The notes under the pieces were generated by a model. That model saw only the letters and a program-made list of their open reading frames with translations, had not been told where the DNA came from and made no database searches. The translations under genes and the position numbers were made by a program. From Acetatifactor sp. (GTDB lineage: Bacteria > Bacillota > Clostridia > Lachnospirales > Lachnospiraceae), in assembly GCA_045616525.1 (NCBI GenBank), contig JAZLGY010000095.1, forward strand, positions 18,849 through 82,848: a stretch of 64,000 bases of DNA, given 5' to 3'. Shown here one piece after another: positions 36,646 through 46,027 of the stretch. Every line of letters begins with the position of its first letter. Within the stretch, counting starts at the first letter, position 1.

Positions 36646-37170
36646 TTAATTCTCTTTCTGCTCTATGGATTCATCCTTTTTATCTTCGGAAAAGAATAAA
36701 ATATAGATGCTTATTAAGATTGTTCCGCAAACAATATAAATATCAGCAACATTAAATACAGGAAAATGAATCAGTACAAAGGAAAATAAGTCAGTTACAA
36801 ATCCATTAACAATACGATCAATCATATTTCCTATACCACCGGCAGCAATCATAATCAAACAGATTCTGCCAAAAAGACCATGTGGCATATCCTTAACTTT
36901 ATGAAGGAAAAATAGAATTGCAAGCATAAGTATAATGGTTACAGTTAAGATCATTCCTTTTTGGTTTTGCATCATACCAAAGGCTACACCACGGTTTTCT
37001 ACATAGTATAATTCAAATACATCCTTTATGATAGGAAATCCATCGGTGCCTTTCAGCTTCTGAACAGTCAATGCTTTTGTCCATTGGTCCAATAGAATTA
37101 ATAGTCCGATAAAAATAATGTTAATACCATGATATATGATATTTTTCTTATTTAAAATACTCTTATTCAT
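36646..37170 (-). CDS. lspA: lipoprotein signal peptidase II
   Basis: NRGVAFG, GGIGNMIDR, FPVFNVAD motifs; start set to the ATG at 37170 (GAGGA RBS). Confidence 0.88.
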   Translation of the reverse strand: MNKSILNKKNIIYHGINIIFIGLLILLDQWTKALTVQKLKGTDGFPIIKDVFELYYVENRGVAFGMMQNQKGMILTVTIILMLAILFFLHKVKDMPHGLFGRICLIMIAAGGIGNMIDRIVNGFVTDLFSFVLIHFPVFNVADIYIVCGTILISIYILFFSEDKKDESIEQKEN

Positions 37171-38272
37171 GTGCATCCTCTTCATCAAAATTAATTTCAT
37201 TTACAGCATCTATAATCTCCTGCTCTGTTACGGAGGTGTCAATAAATGCCTTACCGATTTTGTTCAATAAAACAAACTTAATGGTACTGTTTTCCATCTT
37301 TTTATCAGATTTCGTAAGCTTTAAAATCTGATTAGCATCTACATTATCAACTGATATAGGAAGGTAGAAGGGTACAAACATATCTCTGATTTCATAATAT
37401 TCATCCATAGAGATTAAATCTTTTTTGTATGAAATATAAGCCGCTGCTACACATCCTAAAGCGACACATTCGCCATGATACATAGTAAAGTTCATGTACT
37501 TTTCAATAGCATGTCCAATGGTATGTCCAAAGTTAAGTAAAGCGCGATCGCCCTTTTCTGTAGGGTCCTTTTCTACAACAAGACGCTTAATATTACAGCT
37601 CTTTACGATCATTTCCTCTAATGTAGTCATATCTCTTTCACAGATTTCATACATGTTATCAATTAACCATGTATAAAACTTGGCATCCTTAATAAGTCCG
37701 TGCTTCATTACTTCAGCAAAGCCTGAGAAGTATTGACGATCATCCAAGGTGGTTAAGGTATGAAGGTTCATATATACCAGTCTGGGCATTTTAAATGCAC
37801 CAACCATATTTTTGTATCCATCAAAATCAACACCGGTTTTTCCACCGATAGAGCTGTCTGTCTGTGCAAGCAAGGTAGTTGGAATTTGAACAAAATCAAT
37901 CCCTCTAAGGTAAGTAGCTGCAGTATAACCGGTCATATCACCAATAACACCACCACCTAAGGCAAGTAACAAATCTTTACGGTCAAACCCTTCTTCTATT
38001 AAGAATTTATATAATTCTTTAATCTGGTCAAGATTTTTATTTTCTTCTCCGGCAGGAATTGTAAAGACAACCGCTTTCTTAGATATTTTTGAAAGAATAG
38101 CTTTAACCTCGTCTGCATAGATGGGACCAACATTACTATCTGTTACAATACAAAGTCTTTTGTTTTCAGTTTCAAGGAAAGCAAGCTGCTCAGCTAAGCT
38201 GTCAAAATTATTTGTAAAAAATATATCATAGCAGGGCTTGCTATTAAAATTTACTGTCATAGACTGTGACAT
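37163..38272 (-). CDS. aroB: 3-dehydroquinate synthase
   Basis: GGGVIGDMTGY, ...GHTIGHAIE motifs; ATG at 38272 preferred (AAGAGG RBS). Confidence 0.92.
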   Translation of the reverse strand: MSQSMTVNFNSKPCYDIFFTNNFDSLAEQLAFLETENKRLCIVTDSNVGPIYADEVKAILSKISKKAVVFTIPAGEENKNLDQIKELYKFLIEEGFDRKDLLLALGGGVIGDMTGYTAATYLRGIDFVQIPTTLLAQTDSSIGGKTGVDFDGYKNMVGAFKMPRLVYMNLHTLTTLDDRQYFSGFAEVMKHGLIKDAKFYTWLIDNMYEICERDMTTLEEMIVKSCNIKRLVVEKDPTEKGDRALLNFGHTIGHAIEKYMNFTMYHGECVALGCVAAAYISYKKDLISMDEYYEIRDMFVPFYLPISVDNVDANQILKLTKSDKKMENSTIKFVLLNKIGKAFIDTSVTEQEIIDAVNEINFDEEDAHE

Positions 38273-38347
38273 ATTATTACCTCTTTTCATATATGATGAT
38301 AGTTAAAAAGGAGCCGCCTAAAAGGCAACTCCTTGTAAAATCTTATT

Positions 38348-38857
38348 TTAGAGACCTGAATTTAATGGTGAATCAAAGGTGCTTCCGAATAATTCCTGGA
38401 AATCACCGGAAATATCTACACTGGAAGGAGTGATAATGAAGATGTATCTTGAAATCTTCTGAAGATTTCCATTAATTGCAAAACAAGAACCTGATGCAAA
38501 ATCGATAATTCTCTGCGCAATATCAACATCCACACCTTCAAGATTAATTACAACTGCTCTGTTAGCCAAAAGCATATCTGTAATCTCTGTAGCTTCCTCA
38601 AAGGACTTGGGTCTCTTTATACAAAGCTCCATACCATTGCCTGCGGTAACTCTTCTTGTGTGCTTGATAGAAGTAACCTTATTAGGTACAGCTCTCTTTG
38701 CTGAGTCATCACTCTCGGTAGCAGCTTCTTTTACAGGAGAAAATAATTTCTTTGGTGCTTCTTCTACTTCGTTGTCATCATAATCGCCGTAATCATCGTC
38801 ATCTTCCTGATCACCATTCATATTCATAAAGTTTAAAAACTTATCCATTACACCCAT
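38348..38857 (-). CDS. sepF: cell division protein SepF
   Basis: 169 aa; acidic linker plus conserved C-terminal SepF domain (AVVINLEG...IAQRIIDFASG). Confidence 0.88.
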   Translation of the reverse strand: MGVMDKFLNFMNMNGDQEDDDDYGDYDDNEVEEAPKKLFSPVKEAATESDDSAKRAVPNKVTSIKHTRRVTAGNGMELCIKRPKSFEEATEITDMLLANRAVVINLEGVDVDIAQRIIDFASGSCFAINGNLQKISRYIFIITPSSVDISGDFQELFGSTFDSPLNSGL

Positions 38858-39559
38858 TTATTCATTCGCTCCTTTATAATCTCTTACGCCAAAAATATTT
38901 GTTCCAATTCTAATATAAGTGGCGCCTTCTTCTATTGCAATATGATAATCTCCGGACATACCCATCGACAACACACTCATAGAAACATTATCAATGTTTT
39001 CTTTTGTAATGTCAACAGATAATTGTTTTAATTTGCGAAAATATACACGATTTTCTTCAGGATGATCAGTAAATGGTGCTACCGTCATCAAGCCCTTAAT
39101 TCTAACATTGGATAATTGGGCTATATCACGTACCATTGACAGTACTTCTTCATTACCCAGACCAAATTTACTTTCTTCCTCTGCAACATTTACTTCCAAA
39201 AGAATATCCATAACCTTGTTTCTTTTGGCAGCTTCCTTATGAATTGCTTCGGCCAGATGATAGGTATCCACACTATGAATTAAATATGCCTTATCAATAA
39301 TATATTTTATCTTGTTGGTTTGTAAATGACCAATCATATGCCAACGAATATCCTTAGGACAAACCTCAAATTTGGCGGTTAACTCCTGGACCTTGTTTTC
39401 ACCAAAGTCTCTCTCTCCTGCTTCATAAGCTTCCATAACCATTTCTACAGGCTTTGTTTTACTTACATCAATCAGAGTAACGGAGTTTACATCTCGGCCA
39501 CACTCATTACATATTCTTTGAATATCATCCTTTATTACTTTAATATTGTCTGCAATCAT
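38858..39559 (-). CDS. yggS: YggS/YlmE-family pyridoxal-phosphate homeostasis protein
   Basis: 233 aa; FGENKVQE, WHMIGHLQTNK, SMGMSGDY motifs. Confidence 0.92.
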   Translation of the reverse strand: MIADNIKVIKDDIQRICNECGRDVNSVTLIDVSKTKPVEMVMEAYEAGERDFGENKVQELTAKFEVCPKDIRWHMIGHLQTNKIKYIIDKAYLIHSVDTYHLAEAIHKEAAKRNKVMDILLEVNVAEEESKFGLGNEEVLSMVRDIAQLSNVRIKGLMTVAPFTDHPEENRVYFRKLKQLSVDITKENIDNVSMSVLSMGMSGDYHIAIEEGATYIRIGTNIFGVRDYKGANE

Positions 39560-39577
39560 TTTACGCCTCTATATTAG

Positions 39578-41014
39578 TTAGTAAATTAACTGATCTTCTT
39601 CAACGCTTTCAGCATTTAATACAATGTAATCATATACATTTAAACCATACTGAACATTGGGCTTTACAATGGAATATTCCTCGTTTTGATATAAAATATT
39701 GATTTTACGAAATTCGGCATAACCTTTGTTCATGTTATAAACACCGGTTAAGGTTCCGCGACGGCTTATGGTATATTTTTCCTGACCATTGGGCTTAATC
39801 AAATTCGTACCCAGACTTAATATTGAATTGTCCATGTAATATTCTTTATTTTCCTGATCATAATGATATACACCGACTACGACATATTCTGTATAAATTT
39901 GTCCGTCCTCGCCATAACGCTCAATCATAATTCCCTTATCATCACCGGCTTCATTAACGGTATATTCTTCAGGAATCAGGAAGAATTCCTTTTCTGTAAT
40001 GGAACTGTTTGGAATCTTAAGTCCAACATCATCATGCAAAATCAATTCGATATCTACAAAACGATCAAAGGAAAAGGTACACATGGAATTGGTAAAGGTT
40101 AAGGTTAGATAATATGCATTGTCTGAACCCTGAATTAAACCAACCTGACCCCAGGATTCGTACTGATTCTTTAAAAATTTAACCTTGATGTACTCCTCTT
40201 CCAGCAATTCTTCTCCCAATTCCTTTTCAATGGGAAATACAACCTGCCATTCTTCACTGGTTAACAGCTTATAAACAGGATCACCGCTTGTAATAATATC
40301 CGTATTTAAAAGCTGTGTCTTCTCATACTTACTTTCATCGAAATCATCCTTATTGACCATCTCCGGTGTAACCTGTTCCAAACCGTCTACCCAGTAAGAA
40401 ACAATTCCGGTTGACTGGCTATTACAGAAATTAATCATACTTGGAAGATTATTCTCTGAATTAATGTTATTGATACTTTCCATTAATCCTGAGTTAGCCA
40501 GCTTCATAACAGTACTTTTCATGGAATATTTGAAGCTGTATACATTTGAAAAGTTTTCAGGATCAAAGCCATGAGCAAAATCTACGATATCCGAACGTAG
40601 TTCAGACAATTCCTTTTCAGACAGCTGGCTTTCTCCTGTTTCAGCATTTTTTAAATAATCATTTAATTTACCGGTCTCATCAACAGTATAGATCAGGTTT
40701 CCCTTCGCTACACGTTCTCCTTCACGAGCGTAGTAATTAATATATCCTGCATGATCACTATTAACAATGACTTCTTCTCGTAAAGCGATACCTCGATAAG
40801 TATAGTTTGTTGCAAGAGAGCCTTCTTTTACTTCATAGGGAGACACATGGGTGGATTTAAAGGATAAAACAACCATAACAACTATATAACAAATGATACC
40901 AAGAAAAACAAAAAGACCAATATTTAGGTTGATTGGTTTTCTGTAATGAACTACATTTTTGTAACGTTCACCACGTACTGTACGTGTTTTATTTTTGTCC
41001 AATTTTCTTGCCAT
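39578..41014 (-). CDS. membrane-anchored HlyD-like (biotin-lipoyl-like barrel) protein
   Basis: 478 aa; basic N-terminus, one TM, then YINYYAREGERVAKGNLIYTVDE lipoyl-like hairpin and a coiled-coil segment. Confidence 0.5.
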   Translation of the reverse strand: MARKLDKNKTRTVRGERYKNVVHYRKPINLNIGLFVFLGIICYIVVMVVLSFKSTHVSPYEVKEGSLATNYTYRGIALREEVIVNSDHAGYINYYAREGERVAKGNLIYTVDETGKLNDYLKNAETGESQLSEKELSELRSDIVDFAHGFDPENFSNVYSFKYSMKSTVMKLANSGLMESINNINSENNLPSMINFCNSQSTGIVSYWVDGLEQVTPEMVNKDDFDESKYEKTQLLNTDIITSGDPVYKLLTSEEWQVVFPIEKELGEELLEEEYIKVKFLKNQYESWGQVGLIQGSDNAYYLTLTFTNSMCTFSFDRFVDIELILHDDVGLKIPNSSITEKEFFLIPEEYTVNEAGDDKGIMIERYGEDGQIYTEYVVVGVYHYDQENKEYYMDNSILSLGTNLIKPNGQEKYTISRRGTLTGVYNMNKGYAEFRKINILYQNEEYSIVKPNVQYGLNVYDYIVLNAESVEEDQLIY

Positions 41015-41043
41015 GCTCTCACCTCATTTCCTTTGTATTTTCT

Positions 41044-41076
41044 TCAAAACAAAAGCCTCAGACTTGCCGAGGCCTT
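41044..41076 (-). terminator. rho-independent terminator
   Basis: Minus strand AAGGCCTC-ggcaagtct-GAGGCTT followed by TTGTTTTG. Confidence 0.6.
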
Positions 41077-41092
41077 GAAAACCAATTCGATT

Positions 41093-41512
41093 TTATAAGC
41101 TAATAATAATATCCTTTTTAATACTTTCAGGTAATTCTGATTCATCCAAAGACATACTGATTACAAAATCAATCTTTGTCTTTTCACTAATCTGTTCTAA
41201 TTTTACAATTGCAGCTTCTACATTGCTATCCTTGATGCATGCAATATTTAAAAAGCTGTCTAAATACATCTGTTGTAAATCATGATCCTGTGAAATAATT
41301 CCACTGATAAAACCAGTAAACTCATCCGTATTATCAATTACATATTCTGAAACATCTATCAATCTAACCTTGTTGTTCAATTCGTACATATGCTTGGTAC
41401 TTTTGTCCAGATAGACGATATCTCCGGAAATGTTTTTGATTTCTTCATTTACCTTATCAAGTAAATATTTTGTTTTTCCTTTTCCTTTGTTACCTACAAT
41501 TAATTGAACCAT
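41093..41512 (-). CDS. small P-loop NTPase of unknown function
   Basis: 139 aa; Walker A GNKGKGKT at residues 7-14. Confidence 0.55.
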   Translation of the reverse strand: MVQLIVGNKGKGKTKYLLDKVNEEIKNISGDIVYLDKSTKHMYELNNKVRLIDVSEYVIDNTDEFTGFISGIISQDHDLQQMYLDSFLNIACIKDSNVEAAIVKLEQISEKTKIDFVISMSLDESELPESIKKDIIISL

Positions 41513-41637
41513 ATGGGTATCCTCCTGTAGTTAGATATATTTTAAATACCACCCGGTATTTAGAACAATAGAATATAACAAAAATAGTTTACTTACATGT
41601 ATTTAATTATAGATGAAAAAGACCTAAAAAACAATCA

Positions 41638-42633
41638 TTAATTATTGATTCCGCTTAACAAATTCGTCATATCTGCGTATAACGAATCCCCTGATTCAGA
41701 TTTCAAAATAACCGAAATATAGGATTGACCGTACTGGTCTTTGGAAAGGAGAATCAAACAATGCCCTGCAGCAGCTGTCGTACCGGTTTTTCCGCCGATA
41801 ACAGTAACATTTTCGGGAACACTTCGTTCTCCTCTAATATATAAATTAGTAGTTTTAATATTTAAATCTTTGGAATTGCCGGCTGCATCATAATATACGG
41901 TCTCATAAGTATTTTTATTGATGATTTCCATAATTGCATCATATTTTGTTGCTTCCTGGAAAATCAAATATAAATCATATGCAGAAGTATAATGCTCTTC
42001 ATTGGTCAAACCATGGGGATTGGCAAAATGGGTATTGGTTGCACCAAGTAAAGCTGCTTCCTGATTCATAAGATCAATAAAATGTTCGGGAGTGCCACCT
42101 ATATTCTCTGCAATTAACATGGAAATGTCATTGGCTGAATATAATAACAGTATATTTAAGGCTTGCTCTAAAGTCATGGTATCACCAGGCTTTATACCGC
42201 ATAACTGCGCACCCTTTTCATTGATAATAACACTGTTTCCGGCAACAAGACGCTGATCCAGAGAACCATATTTCAGAGCAACAATAGCTGTCATAATCTT
42301 GGTTAAACTGGCCGGATTCATTCTTTCATGAACATTTTTTGCGTAAATTACTTTATTATTATCAATAGCAAATAAAGCGGCACTTTCTGATTTGGATAAA
42401 TCAGCTGTAATGCTGCCACTTACATCCCCTGTTACCACGCATAAATCAGCTGCAAAGGTTGTTGGATAGACTTCAATATTAGGCAATCCAGTGCTGACAG
42501 CACCTAATTTACTGTCAGTTGAAAACGGAAGATCTATTTCCTCCTTACCACAACCTGAACAAACTAAAAGTAGCATACATAAAAACAGAGAGATGAATCT
42601 GTATTTATTATTTGTACATTTCACGCCACTCAA
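41638..42633 (-). CDS. D-alanyl-D-alanine carboxypeptidase (S11, low-molecular-weight PBP), lipoprotein-type signal
   Basis: 331 aa; SLTK (SxxK), YSAND (SxN), KTGTT motifs; LLVCSGC lipobox. Confidence 0.88.
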   Translation of the reverse strand: MSGVKCTNNKYRFISLFLCMLLLVCSGCGKEEIDLPFSTDSKLGAVSTGLPNIEVYPTTFAADLCVVTGDVSGSITADLSKSESAALFAIDNNKVIYAKNVHERMNPASLTKIMTAIVALKYGSLDQRLVAGNSVIINEKGAQLCGIKPGDTMTLEQALNILLLYSANDISMLIAENIGGTPEHFIDLMNQEAALLGATNTHFANPHGLTNEEHYTSAYDLYLIFQEATKYDAIMEIINKNTYETVYYDAAGNSKDLNIKTTNLYIRGERSVPENVTVIGGKTGTTAAAGHCLILLSKDQYGQSYISVILKSESGDSLYADMTNLLSGINN

Positions 42634-43003
42634 AATCTCCTCTGTCTAGGGACTTAATCAAGAGTTCCGCACTTGCAAGATTTGTTGCAAGGGGAATGTT
42701 ATGAATATCACATAGCTTCACAACATTATTTACATCCGGTTCATGTGACTTCGGAGTCAATGGATCTCTCAAAAAGATAACAAGGTCAATCTGATTGGTT
42801 TCAATCTGTGCACCAACCTGCTGTTCTCCACCTAAATGACCGGCAAGGTATTTGTGTACATTCAAATTAGTAACCTCTTCAATCAATCTTCCGGTTGTGC
42901 CGGTTGCATATAATTCGTTTTTACTAAGGATTCCTCGATACGCAATACAAAAATTTTGCATTAATTTCTTTTTTGCGTCGTGTGCGATAAGTGCAATATT
43001 CAC
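42608..43003 (-). CDS. mgsA: methylglyoxal synthase
   Basis: VNIALIAHDAKKK...ATGTTG...; GTG start at 43003 with an AGGTGGAG RBS. The longer ATG ORF has no RBS. Confidence 0.88.
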   Translation of the reverse strand: MNIALIAHDAKKKLMQNFCIAYRGILSKNELYATGTTGRLIEEVTNLNVHKYLAGHLGGEQQVGAQIETNQIDLVIFLRDPLTPKSHEPDVNNVVKLCDIHNIPLATNLASAELLIKSLDRGDFEWREMYK

Positions 43004-43043
43004 TCTAATCTCCACCTTTCTACATTTAGTTTCACTATACCAC

Positions 43044-44147
43044 TTAATTAGACTGTAGTCGAACATTCAAAACAAAGCCAATACCAATATACAGACTTAA
43101 TAAGCTGGTTAATCCATAACTTACAAAAGGTAATGTTACACCGGTATTTGGAATTAAGAATGTGGCTACGGCCACGTTTACAAAGCTTTGAAAACCAATC
43201 AATCCACCCATACCTGCTGCGATAATGGTGCCCGTTAGATCTCTTGCTTTTCTAGCTATATTAAAACATTCAAGACTAATCAGCGTAAAAAGAATAATTA
43301 CAACTGAACATCCTTTAAACCCTAATTCTTCACCTATGACAGCAAAAATAAAGTCTGTCTGTGGTTCTGAAATAAAATTACCGTTTTTTACACTGTTAGC
43401 TGAGGTATTCTTATATCCTTTTCCGTCTAACATCCCAGATGCAATTGCAGTAACAGAATTTAACTGTTGATATGCAGTGGTTGTCTTGTAAGCTTCAGGA
43501 TCAACGAATGCCAAGATTCGACCTCTCTGATAGGTGTCAAAGACTTCACTATCCGGCTGAAGTGCAAGCGATATAACAACAATAACAGCAGGTATCGCAA
43601 TCGCTAAAGCACCTATTACAACCTTAATACTGATTCCACCGGCAAACATAATAACGCAGAAAAGCACAATTAATATAATACTGGTAGACAAATCCGGCTG
43701 TTTATAGACGAAATACCAAGGGATTACCATAAGTATACAACTGAGCCCAATTATATATACGGTATTTAATTTATCTCTATGTTTCATAATAAACTGTGCA
43801 AAGAATAAAATCAATAAAATTTTAGCTGTTTCTGATGGTTGAAAACGAAAAACGCCACCGATATCCAGCCATCTTTGTGCACCTTTGGAACTGTCACCAA
43901 AAAAATGTACAAGCATAAGTAAACCAAGGTTTGCAATGTACATAATCCAGTACAGCCTAAGGAGTACCCTGTAATCCAAAAAGGCAATAACAATCATAAT
44001 CAGAGTGCCTAAACATACACCGATCAACTGCTTTTTTTGATCCGGTTCATGTGCACTTCCAACCATGTAGATTCCAATACAGGATAAACATAAAACATAA
44101 ATTATTAACTTTAAGTCAAATTTTCTTAAACTTAAATCTTTAAACAT
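43044..44147 (-). CDS. rodA: FtsW/RodA/SpoVE-family peptidoglycan polymerase (RodA)
   Basis: 367 aa, about 10 TM; RFQPSE, SEPQTDFIFAVIGEELGF motifs; mre/min context. Confidence 0.9.
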   Translation of the reverse strand: MFKDLSLRKFDLKLIIYVLCLSCIGIYMVGSAHEPDQKKQLIGVCLGTLIMIVIAFLDYRVLLRLYWIMYIANLGLLMLVHFFGDSSKGAQRWLDIGGVFRFQPSETAKILLILFFAQFIMKHRDKLNTVYIIGLSCILMVIPWYFVYKQPDLSTSIILIVLFCVIMFAGGISIKVVIGALAIAIPAVIVVISLALQPDSEVFDTYQRGRILAFVDPEAYKTTTAYQQLNSVTAIASGMLDGKGYKNTSANSVKNGNFISEPQTDFIFAVIGEELGFKGCSVVIILFTLISLECFNIARKARDLTGTIIAAGMGGLIGFQSFVNVAVATFLIPNTGVTLPFVSYGLTSLLSLYIGIGFVLNVRLQSN

Positions 44148-44163
44148 TGTAATTCACATATCC

Positions 44164-44436
44164 TCATGTTTTGTTGTATTTTAATTCCAAAATCGGAATG
44201 TTTGCATATAAGCATGGTGTTTTGGAGGCTTTTATGGGATTCACCCCTGTTTTGCTTATTTGCACCTCCATATTTCCAACATCTATCATCATATATTTTG
44301 ATATAACCAGAGCCAGTTCCTTCTTTATGACTTCCATCATTTCGGGGGAACAATTTACACGATCAGAAATGAGTAATATCTTTAATCTGTCTTTTGCTAT
44401 TTCACATGACTTTTTTGCCCTTAAAAATCCAAACAT
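44164..44436 (-). CDS. minE: cell division topological specificity factor MinE
   Basis: 90 aa; MFGFLRAKK...AKDRLKILL N-terminus. Confidence 0.9.
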   Translation of the reverse strand: MFGFLRAKKSCEIAKDRLKILLISDRVNCSPEMMEVIKKELALVISKYMMIDVGNMEVQISKTGVNPIKASKTPCLYANIPILELKYNKT

Positions 44437-44470
44437 AAGCTATCCTTTCTAAACTAACAAACTATTTGCA

Positions 44471-45277
44471 TTATATATTGACGGGATGTTTCATTTTGAA
44501 TACTTCAGAAATTTTAGTCCAAAACGAAAAGCTCCCGGTGATGGAGGTAATTGGAACCTCTTCTCCCATAATTCGTTTGCAAATATTTAGATAGGCCATG
44601 CCTGCAGGCGTTCCTGAGCCTACCAAGGGCTCGCCCTGGTTTGTAGAAATAACAATTCCCTGATCATCAGGTACAATTCCGAGTAAAGGGACAGATAATA
44701 TATCCACCACATCCGTTGCGGACATCATTTCCCCCTTTTTTACCATATCCGTTCTCAATCGATTGATAATTAAGTCCTTTTGATCAATTCCATTTGCTTC
44801 CAAAAGTCCCACAATTCGATCAGCATCTCTAATGGCGGATACTTCAGGTGTTGTAACTATAATCGCCCTGTCAGCACCTGCAATCGCATTCTGAAATCCC
44901 TGTTCAATCCCTGCGGGACAGTCTAAAAGAATATAATCAAATTCTTCTCTTAGCTGATCTGTTAATTTTATCATTTGTCCGGGATTTACAGCGGATTTAT
45001 CTCTTGTTTGCGCTGAGGGCATCATATATAGGCCCGGAATACGTTTGTCCTTGATTAAGGCCTGTTTTACTCTGCATATTCCTTCTACAACGTCTACAAG
45101 ATTATATACAATTCGATTTTCAAGTCCCATCACCACATCAAGGTTTCTTAAACCTATGTCTGTGTCAATTAAACAGACTTTTTTGCCGGCCTGTGCAAGA
45201 CCGGTTCCTACATTTGCACTGGTTGTGGTTTTTCCAACCCCGCCTTTTCCTGATGTTATAACAATCACTTCACTCAT
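44471..45277 (-). CDS. minD: septum site-determining ATPase MinD
   Basis: MSEVIVITSGKGGVGKTT deviant Walker A; ATG at 45277 with an AAGGAGG RBS; C-terminal amphipathic helix. Confidence 0.95.
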   Translation of the reverse strand: MSEVIVITSGKGGVGKTTTSANVGTGLAQAGKKVCLIDTDIGLRNLDVVMGLENRIVYNLVDVVEGICRVKQALIKDKRIPGLYMMPSAQTRDKSAVNPGQMIKLTDQLREEFDYILLDCPAGIEQGFQNAIAGADRAIIVTTPEVSAIRDADRIVGLLEANGIDQKDLIINRLRTDMVKKGEMMSATDVVDILSVPLLGIVPDDQGIVISTNQGEPLVGSGTPAGMAYLNICKRIMGEEVPITSITGSFSFWTKISEVFKMKHPVNI

Positions 45278-45351
45278 GATGCCTCCTTTTGACTGCAAAG
45301 TCTATATATTCCCATCATTAAGGGTTCATCATTGGTGATTTCGTTATGAAT

Positions 45352-46014
45352 TTAGAAAATTACTTTATCTTTGGTAAGGGGATCAATTACGATCTTCTTT
45401 CCATCACAATGTGCAATTTGAGGGGTGATTTTATTTCCCCATTTCATCCCTTTTTTAGATAATTTATAATTGAAAGTGCCAATTGTTATTTCTTCAGGCA
45501 TCATTTCAAGCGCAACAATATATGCATTATCATCTCCGCCGGCACCGGCAACTGCTTCGCCATAAAGACTTCCCATAACAAAAACATTCTTTTCGGAAAT
45601 AACCTTACAGCCGATTTTAACATCGCCAAGAACTATGATATTTCCCTGTGCCTCAACTACTGCACCATTTTTTAAGGACTCTTCAACAATCAGTCCCTGC
45701 TCCGGCTTAGGAATTAAATCCAAGATTTTCTGAAGAGCCTTTATATAGGTCTTATTTGTATTTTCATCTTTACTCATAATACAAATAACTTCCAAATCAC
45801 AATGCTCTGTAACGGTATCAACCAGCTGAACTTCCTCAGCGTCAGAAAGAATACGTCCGGATACTGTAAGCGCAACCTGTGCATTACCAAAAAAACTTCT
45901 GGATTTTTCCAGTTTATCGGAAAGTGTTGATAATATGGTATCATAATTCAAATCAGGATCCATAATCATATGTAAGCCATTTTGAAAATTTTTAATAACT
46001 ACAGCTTCTTTCAT
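45352..46014 (-). CDS. minC: septum site-determining protein MinC
   Basis: 220 aa; C-terminal beta-helix repeats (GNIIVLGDV..., VFVMGSLYGEA). Confidence 0.88.
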   Translation of the reverse strand: MKEAVVIKNFQNGLHMIMDPDLNYDTILSTLSDKLEKSRSFFGNAQVALTVSGRILSDAEEVQLVDTVTEHCDLEVICIMSKDENTNKTYIKALQKILDLIPKPEQGLIVEESLKNGAVVEAQGNIIVLGDVKIGCKVISEKNVFVMGSLYGEAVAGAGGDDNAYIVALEMMPEEITIGTFNYKLSKKGMKWGNKITPQIAHCDGKKIVIDPLTKDKVIF

Positions 46015-46027
46015 CTAAATTGCCTCT

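Noticed and set aside
44132-44452. ORFs 44132-44353 (minus strand) and 44171-44452 (plus strand) overlapping minE
   Set aside because: minE (44164-44436) is clearly recognisable and sits in the expected minCDE order. The overlapping frames have no RBS or homology-like features.
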